61,478 nt of DNA from an uncultured Arcobacter sp. (lineage in GTDB: Bacteria; Campylobacterota; Campylobacteria; Campylobacterales; Arcobacteraceae), in NCBI GenBank assembly GCA_964538295.1, contig CAZIES010000001.1, forward strand, positions 1 through 61,478. The letters run 5' to 3'. Position numbers and translations under genes: made by a program. The notes beneath the pieces are model-generated. The model was not told where the DNA came from. It saw only the letters and a program-made list of their open reading frames with translations, and did no database searches. Positions 55,633-61,478 of the stretch are shown here, piece by piece; the first letter of the stretch is position 1, and every line of letters starts with the position of its first letter.

Positions 55633-57848
55633 CCACTTTTTTTGACACTTAACATAGCTTGAGTTGCCTTTTTGATGAGCGTATCCATAGTTTCTTTCTC
55701 TTTAAGTTGTGCGATTCCAAAGCTACAACTCACAAAAGTTTTTACCTCTTTAAAATCATGATGATAAATCAGATTTCTTAAATTTTCTGCACTTTTTTCT
55801 GCCTCATCTTCATTGGTTTCTGGTAAGATAATAATAAACTCTTCCCCATCCCAACGCCCAAAAGCATCTGCTGAGCGGATATTTTGTTTAACAAGAGTAG
55901 CAAGCTCTTTTAAGATATTATCTGCTACGAGATGTCCATATTTTGTATTGATTTGTGTAAAATCATCAACATCAAAGAAGATAATAGAAAGGGCTCTTTC
56001 ATAGCGGCTTGAAATAGCAATATTATCTTGTAGATTTTCAATTGTTTTACGTCGGTTATAGATATTGGTTAATGTATCAAAGTTGCTTGCCGTTGCAAGT
56101 GCATCTTCAATTTGAACACGATGTTTAATCTCTTTTGACAAACGACGGTTGCTAAAAAAAACAATAAGTAAAATGACAACTAGAATAAGAGGTATCCCTA
56201 TTTTAAAGAGTAAGCTTTTATCTTTTGTGGCTGTATTATTTATTTTAAAATAGGATTGATAAATTTTCTCTTTTTCTTGAATGCTTATTTTATCAATGGC
56301 TTTATTTAAAACAGTTTTTAGTAGTTTATTCTCTTTATCTATTGCTAATTGAATTGGGTAGGTCTGTTTTGTTGTTCCTGAAATTTTAATTTTATTGTAG
56401 TTGTGTGCATTAATATAATAGTTGAGTGTAGGGAGTAAATCCACAACTGCAAAGACTTTATTTTCATTAAGAAGTTTAAATGCTTCATTTAATGTTGTTG
56501 TGGTTTTATACTGAACATGAGGGGCTATTTTTTTTAATTGATTTAAGAAAGCGGCATTTTTGATAATTGCAACTTTTTTATTATTAAGTAAGGAGAGGGT
56601 TCCAATATAGCCTTTGTCTTTTTGTGTCGCAATAGCAATATCAAAGTCAATGATAGCATTACTAATATGCATATCTTTGTGCGCTTTATTATTTGTATCA
56701 TAGATTTGAATTGTATTTTTATCAATGTCTTTATTATTTGTTTTAATGAGAATAGGAATTTTATTCTCTAATAAACTTAGTACAGTATTAGCATGATGAT
56801 TTTGTTGTATATTGAGTTTATACAGTGAATTATTAGCATTGTTGAAGTAAATTGGAGTTGTTTTTAAAAATGTTTTTTCTTTTTGAGTTAGCAGTACACT
56901 ATTGGGTTCAATAATAAACTCTTTTAAGGCTTGGGTATTGTGTGAAAACCCAAGTAGCGAGTAAATTTTAAGGATTTCACTGTATTTTTTTAGGGTAATT
57001 TTCCCTAAGTTCCCTTTGTCAAATTCCGCAAGTTTTTTGAGAACCTCACCTTCATAAATGAGGGATTTTAAAGATTTATTTTGTGTATTATATTTATTTC
57101 GTATAAGCTGGGCTGTTTCTTTAATATTTTCAAAAGCATATTTCCAACCTTGCATCGTTGCCATATAAAAGTTATGGGTTCGTGTAGGATGATTTATAAC
57201 TTCATCTTGGGAGGTAAAAAGAAGTCCTCCATAAAAATCAAAACCGTAATCTCTTGGGTCTAAAATATTAAACTCAACACCTTTTTCTTGCAGTAAAAAA
57301 GGTTCGTTTGAGAGGTAGCATCCCATAGCATCTGTTTTTCCTGAAATTAAATCATCAAGTTTAAAACTGTGGGGTTCAAACTTGACATCTTCAAGTTTAA
57401 TTCCTTGGCTAACAATCATGGAGTGAATTGCTACTGCCATTCTCGCATCGGGTGTTAACATAACTTTTTTATTATAAAGCTCTTTTGGTGATTGAATAAG
57501 GGAGTCTTTTCGTGTTAGAAGAACCATTGGAGAGTGTTGATAGATTGCCGCAAGGGTTACTATATTGGCACCATTTATTTTATCTAAAATAAGTGATGAC
57601 TTTCCTACTGCATAGGTGCTTTCTCGATTTATAACACTTTTTAAAAGGTCAACATCAAAGTTAAACTCTTTAATTGTAACATCAAGATTACGTTGTTTAT
57701 AAAAGCCCTTTTCTTTAGCTATATAATATCCTGCAAATTGAAATTGATGTAACCAATCCAATTGTATGGAAACCTTTTGAGTACTATTGGCCCAACTTGT
57801 AGTTGTAATAACAAGTAAAATAGTGAGTTTTAGATATAGAGATTTCAT
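55608..57848 (-). CDS. GGDEF-domain membrane protein with two periplasmic solute-binding-like domains; A-site reads DGEEF
   Basis: Signal peptide, NMT1/SsuA-like domain (VSIQLDWLHQFQFAGYYIAKEKGFY), second SBP-like domain, TM helix, then DTLTNIYNRR ... FFDVDDFTQINTKYGH ... RSADAFGRWDGEEFIIILPET. Confidence 0.9.
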   Translation of the reverse strand: MKSLYLKLTILLVITTTSWANSTQKVSIQLDWLHQFQFAGYYIAKEKGFYKQRNLDVTIKEFNFDVDLLKSVINRESTYAVGKSSLILDKINGANIVTLAAIYQHSPMVLLTRKDSLIQSPKELYNKKVMLTPDARMAVAIHSMIVSQGIKLEDVKFEPHSFKLDDLISGKTDAMGCYLSNEPFLLQEKGVEFNILDPRDYGFDFYGGLLFTSQDEVINHPTRTHNFYMATMQGWKYAFENIKETAQLIRNKYNTQNKSLKSLIYEGEVLKKLAEFDKGNLGKITLKKYSEILKIYSLLGFSHNTQALKEFIIEPNSVLLTQKEKTFLKTTPIYFNNANNSLYKLNIQQNHHANTVLSLLENKIPILIKTNNKDIDKNTIQIYDTNNKAHKDMHISNAIIDFDIAIATQKDKGYIGTLSLLNNKKVAIIKNAAFLNQLKKIAPHVQYKTTTTLNEAFKLLNENKVFAVVDLLPTLNYYINAHNYNKIKISGTTKQTYPIQLAIDKENKLLKTVLNKAIDKISIQEKEKIYQSYFKINNTATKDKSLLFKIGIPLILVVILLIVFFSNRRLSKEIKHRVQIEDALATASNFDTLTNIYNRRKTIENLQDNIAISSRYERALSIIFFDVDDFTQINTKYGHLVADNILKELATLVKQNIRSADAFGRWDGEEFIIILPETNEDEAEKSAENLRNLIYHHDFKEVKTFVSCSFGIAQLKEKETMDTLIKKATQAMLSVKKSGKNSVKVG

Positions 57849-58131
57849 AGCTAAAGTTTAACACTATAATTATAAATTAATCATAAAAAGTCTAATGTAT
57901 GTCTTCTATGAGGTTACAGAGGTAAGTTATAATAGTTAAGATGTGCATGAGTAAATTTTAAGACAATAAGTATTTTTATATTAAAAATCAAAAATTTAAA
58001 AAAATATTAATTAATTGTGAAAATGACTATCAAAATTAAGAAAAAAATGCTACAATTTTCAGATATATTTCCTTAGCTTATGTTAAGGTAAAGATATACT
58101 TATAATAGAACAATTAACAATGGAGATAAAT

Positions 58132-59526
58132 ATGAAGAAAATTCTACTTAGTAGTGTTGTAGCTGGTCTACTAGCAATTGGAGCAAGTGCAGCTGATACA
58201 TATGGACCTTTTCCTGTTACAGTAAAAGGTTATGAAGGGAAAAAAGAGAACTCAGTAGCTTATACTGGTCAAATTGCACGACAAACTTTAGAGAAGTCAT
58301 TAAAAAAATTGGCAACTTCTGGTAATGGAAAAGCAAATCCTGAATTAAAAGCAAAAATGCTTGCTTATTATGCAGGAAAAGACGCTGGAAGAGTTATTAT
58401 TGATCCAAAAACTAAGGGTGAGTTTAAAATTAAACAAACAAAAGTTGATGAAATTTCAAAAAAGAAGAACTTAAAAGGTAAAACTTATAAGGGAATTATT
58501 AATGGTTTCCCAGGACAAAAAACTGGTCCAGAGATGGTTGAATTCCTAATTGATAAGGCTTCAAGTACTAAAGGTGGATATGATCCAGTAACTGGTTATA
58601 AATATGAGCAATTAATTTCTAAGTTTTTAATGGGTGCTGTTTTATATAACCAAGCAGTTGATAACTATTTAGATGAAAAATTAGAAGCAAATAAAAATCC
58701 TAATAATAAGCCTTATAAAAAAGGTAAGCATTATACAGGAAAAGAACATGTTTGGGATGAAGCATTTGGTTACTTTGGTATTCCAGCTCATGCTTTAACG
58801 TTAACGCCTAAACAAGTTGTAGCAATTGCAAAGAAAAAAGATTTAAAAGCAGCTGACTTTAATAAAGATGGTATTGTTGACTTAAAATCAGAAATGACTT
58901 TCGGACCAGCATATTATGCAGCAGGTTTTGATGCAAAAGCTGGAACTAAATATATGAGTACAATTACTCAAGCATTTATTGATGGTAGAAAATTAATTAC
59001 TTCAGCAAAAGGTGAAAAATTAACAGATGCACAAAGAACACAATTAAAAGAGTATGCATCAGTTATTAAAACAAACTGGGAAAAAGTACTTGCAGAAGCT
59101 ACATTTAAATATGCAGGTAGCGTATATAAAGATTTAGCTCTTATCAAATCAATTGTTGATGGTGGTAATGGTGATATTAAAAAAGCATTTAAAAAGTATG
59201 CTAAACACTGGGGTGAAATGAAAGGTTTCGCTATGGCTTTACAAACAGGTGGTAAAGATTTAGGTGAAACAGCTGTTAAATTAAACAGATTAGCTGGATT
59301 TGGACCTGTACTTGTAACTGGTGGACAAGTTACTGGAATTGATTCTAAAGGTAATTATGTAGTTGGTGGTGAAATGACGATGGAAAACTACATGGTACAT
59401 ATGGTTAAAATGCAAAAAGTTCTTGCAGACAAATTTGGATTAAAAGCTAAACAAAATGATATGACTGCAAAATTAAGTTCATTAATTAAATCAATGGGTG
59501 AAGCTGGTCACGTAGAAAACGACTAA
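58132..59526 (+). CDS. Secreted protein, hypothetical (possibly DUF4856-like; family assignment from memory only)
   Basis: Sec signal MKKILLSSVVAGLLAIGASA|AD. I chose the ATG at 58132 (GGAGA 5 nt upstream) over 58120. TATAAT at 58101-58106. Confidence 0.7.
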   Translation: MKKILLSSVVAGLLAIGASAADTYGPFPVTVKGYEGKKENSVAYTGQIARQTLEKSLKKLATSGNGKANPELKAKMLAYYAGKDAGRVIIDPKTKGEFKIKQTKVDEISKKKNLKGKTYKGIINGFPGQKTGPEMVEFLIDKASSTKGGYDPVTGYKYEQLISKFLMGAVLYNQAVDNYLDEKLEANKNPNNKPYKKGKHYTGKEHVWDEAFGYFGIPAHALTLTPKQVVAIAKKKDLKAADFNKDGIVDLKSEMTFGPAYYAAGFDAKAGTKYMSTITQAFIDGRKLITSAKGEKLTDAQRTQLKEYASVIKTNWEKVLAEATFKYAGSVYKDLALIKSIVDGGNGDIKKAFKKYAKHWGEMKGFAMALQTGGKDLGETAVKLNRLAGFGPVLVTGGQVTGIDSKGNYVVGGEMTMENYMVHMVKMQKVLADKFGLKAKQNDMTAKLSSLIKSMGEAGHVEND

Positions 59527-59546
59527 TCTTAATATTTGGTTAAAAC

Positions 59547-60506
59547 ATGATTGAAACTTATTTCCAACCATTCTTAAATGAGTGGTTGGAGTTTTTTACA
59601 AACCCTCAAAAAAGGGTATATTGGTTATATATATTAGCTGCTTTCGCTATTGGTTTTATCTACCTGTTTTATACAAAAGGCTCTGCTGCAAAAGCTTTTG
59701 GAAAACTATTCGCAAAAGAAAATTGGTGGTCCAATACTGCTCGGGCTGATTATCAAGTTCTGATTCTAAATTCTGTTGTAATGCTGTTTTTGCCTAAGTT
59801 ACTTACAAAAAGTGCTGTTGCATTTGGATTGTATTATGCTTTATCTGATTTGATTCCTGAATATGCAATATTACAAGGTGTTTTTGAAGATTGGATAGTT
59901 GCAACACTGTTTACTGCAGTGCTATTTATTGCAGATGATTTTGCGAAGTATTGGATACATAGATGGCTTCATACTATTGCTTTTTTATGGCCATACCATA
60001 GGGTTCATCACTCATCAACTGCACTTAATTTTTTTACAATCTTTAGAACACATCCCATTGAAGGGGTGTTATTTTCTATTAGAACAGCCCTGGTGCAAGG
60101 TTTTGTAGTGGGTATTTTCTTTTTTCTTTTTGCAGATCAAGTTAGTCTTGTGATGTTATTAGGTGCAAATGTTTTTTTCTTTGTCTTTAATATTTTAGGG
60201 TCAAACTTAAGACATAGTCCGGTTGCTATGCCATATCCAAAGTGGTTAGAAAGATATTTAATGTCACCTGCACAACACCATATTCATCATTCAACTGCAC
60301 CTGAACATAAAGATAAAAATTTTGGAATTGTGTTTGCAGTTTGGGATCGTTGGTTTGGCGGTTTTTCTCATTCAGTTGATAAAGAGTTATCGTATGGAAT
60401 AGCTAATGATTATGGAGAAGAAGAACATACATTAAGGCATCTATATTTGACACCATTTCGTAATTCATATGATGCTATAAAAAAGAGTTTGACAAAAGAG
60501 TCGTAG
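59547..60506 (+). CDS. Fatty acid hydroxylase / sterol desaturase family membrane di-iron oxygenase
   Basis: Three histidine boxes: HRWLH, HRVHHSS, HHIHH. Multiple TM helices. Confidence 0.85.
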   Translation: MIETYFQPFLNEWLEFFTNPQKRVYWLYILAAFAIGFIYLFYTKGSAAKAFGKLFAKENWWSNTARADYQVLILNSVVMLFLPKLLTKSAVAFGLYYALSDLIPEYAILQGVFEDWIVATLFTAVLFIADDFAKYWIHRWLHTIAFLWPYHRVHHSSTALNFFTIFRTHPIEGVLFSIRTALVQGFVVGIFFFLFADQVSLVMLLGANVFFFVFNILGSNLRHSPVAMPYPKWLERYLMSPAQHHIHHSTAPEHKDKNFGIVFAVWDRWFGGFSHSVDKELSYGIANDYGEEEHTLRHLYLTPFRNSYDAIKKSLTKES

Positions 60507-61478
60507 TTACTCTTTTGCCCAAGCAATAAGACCTTTTGAATCAATATCAAAGTTGATTGTTGCATTTTTTTCAATTTGCATAAATGGTTCTGCAATAGCA
60601 GTAATTGAACAGGTACGATTATTTATAACATACTTTAAAATAACTTCCCTATGTGAACCTACAAAACTGGTATGTTCTACAACACCTTGAAAAGATCCTT
60701 CATTTGAAATATTAACCAATTCAGGGCGAATACATAAGGTTCCATTACAGGATTTATATGCATTGTCATGAACAGAAATACCAAAAATATTATCTATTCC
60801 TTGGTCATCAAAATAGGTGTCAACTAATGATGTTTTCCCCATAAATGAAGCAGTCAAATTATCTTTTGGTTTCCAGTAAAGTTCATGAGGAGTTCCTACT
60901 TGAGAGATTTTTCCTGTATCTAAAAAGGCAATTTTGTCTGATAATGCAAGTGCTTCACCTTGGTCATGGGTTACAAAAATTGCGGTTGTTCCTGTCTTTT
61001 TGATAATATCATGGATTTCAAGACGCATTTTTTCTCTTAGACTTGTATCTAAGTTCGAAAAGGGTTCATCCATAAGTAGAAGTGCAGGCTCATTTGCTAA
61101 AGCACGAGCTAAAGCAACACGCTGTTGTTGCCCACCTGATAATTCATGGGGAAATCGTTTTTCAAAGCCTTCAAGATTTACTGTTTCCAATAGTTCTTTT
61201 GCTTTTTGTCTTTTTATTTTTCCTCTTTGTCCATGTAATCCAAAGGTAATATTTTCATAGACGCTTAAGTGAGGGAAAAGTGCATAGTCTTGAAAAACCA
61301 AACCAATCTTACGCTTTTCTGCAGGAAGATTTACTTTCTTCCCAAATACAGTAACACCATCAATAATGATATTGCCTTTATTGGGTGTCTCTAAACCCGC
61401 TACCATACGCAAAATAGTACTTTTACCACAACCACTTGGTCCTAAGAGTGTAAAAATTTCACCTTTTTTAACGCTAAA
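60507..61478 (-). CDS. ABC transporter ATP-binding protein (FbpC/PotA-like importer ATPase); the N-terminus lies outside the window
   Basis: The frame is open to the window edge (FSVKKGEIFTLLGPSGCGKSTILRMVAG = Walker A). Q-loop VFQDYALFPH, signature LSGGQQQRVALARAL, Walker B LLLMDEPFS, and a C-terminal TOBE-like domain. Confidence 0.93.
   Translation of the reverse strand, partial: FSVKKGEIFTLLGPSGCGKSTILRMVAGLETPNKGNIIIDGVTVFGKKVNLPAEKRKIGLVFQDYALFPHLSVYENITFGLHGQRGKIKRQKAKELLETVNLEGFEKRFPHELSGGQQQRVALARALANEPALLLMDEPFSNLDTSLREKMRLEIHDIIKKTGTTAIFVTHDQGEALALSDKIAFLDTGKISQVGTPHELYWKPKDNLTASFMGKTSLVDTYFDDQGIDNIFGISVHDNAYKSCNGTLCIRPELVNISNEGSFQGVVEHTSFVGSHREVILKYVINNRTCSITAIAEPFMQIEKNATINFDIDSKGLIAWAKE

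Noticed and set aside
1-61478. Search by eye for CRISPR arrays, tRNA/rRNA genes, IS elements, integrases, prophage or defence-island signatures.
   Set aside because: I noticed no regularly spaced direct repeats, no GC-rich cloverleaf-like islands in intergenic regions, and no recombinase, transposase or nuclease-helicase ORFs. Absence is judged by manual reading only and should be confirmed with tRNAscan, Infernal and defence-system HMMs.

Overview
This 61.5-kb window is low-GC (about 30% by eye) chromosomal DNA. It looks like a Campylobacterota genome, probably Arcobacter-like. The taxonomic guess rests on a Wolinella/Campylobacter-type frdCAB followed by a tandem dynamin-like GTPase pair, a futalosine-type UbiD decarboxylase, and many PAS/GAF kinases sharing an AHQWRQPLS H-box.

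Gene content from left to right:
- recQ 3' end, thyA, folA, a SAM methyltransferase and an orphan glycosyltransferase.
- A co-directional signalling block at 4.2-12.4 kb: small ORF, histidine kinase, periplasmic binding protein, hybrid kinase, REC-PAS-HD-GYP regulator and NUDIX hydrolase.
- A patch of small orphan enzymes: hotdog thioesterase, DUF1653, single-domain asparaginase homologue, PhyH dioxygenase and YtoQ.
- Three more AHQWRQPLS-type kinases.
- An acetolactate-synthase-like ThDP enzyme plus an aldehyde dehydrogenase, bracketed by two paralogous PLDc_N mini-proteins and preceded by a perfect FNR/CRP-type palindrome.
- A hypothetical-gene patch around an Rrf2 regulator with four copies of a roughly 23-27 bp operator-like repeat.
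- Two dynamin-like proteins with a membrane protein / DUF45 HExxH peptidase tail, then frdCAB.
- A complete 13-gene nuo operon with fused nuoCD, genuine nuoE/nuoF, a compact nuoG and a nuoH carrying an insertion. Citrate synthase sits between nuoF and nuoG.
- PatB/MalY aminotransferase, UbiD-family decarboxylase, a GGDEF protein with a degenerate A-site, and a secreted protein / fatty-acid hydroxylase / ABC-ATPase locus.

I saw no rRNA, tRNA, CRISPR array, integrase or transposase. There is no single clear-cut novel system. The best candidates are ranked in findings: the DLP-membrane-peptidase module, gltA embedded in nuo, the orphan HQWRQPL kinase family, the Rrf2 repeat regulon and the ALS-like/ALDH module.

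All hairpin and motif coordinates were counted by hand and may be off by 1-2 nt. All family assignments come from motif recognition, not from database searches.
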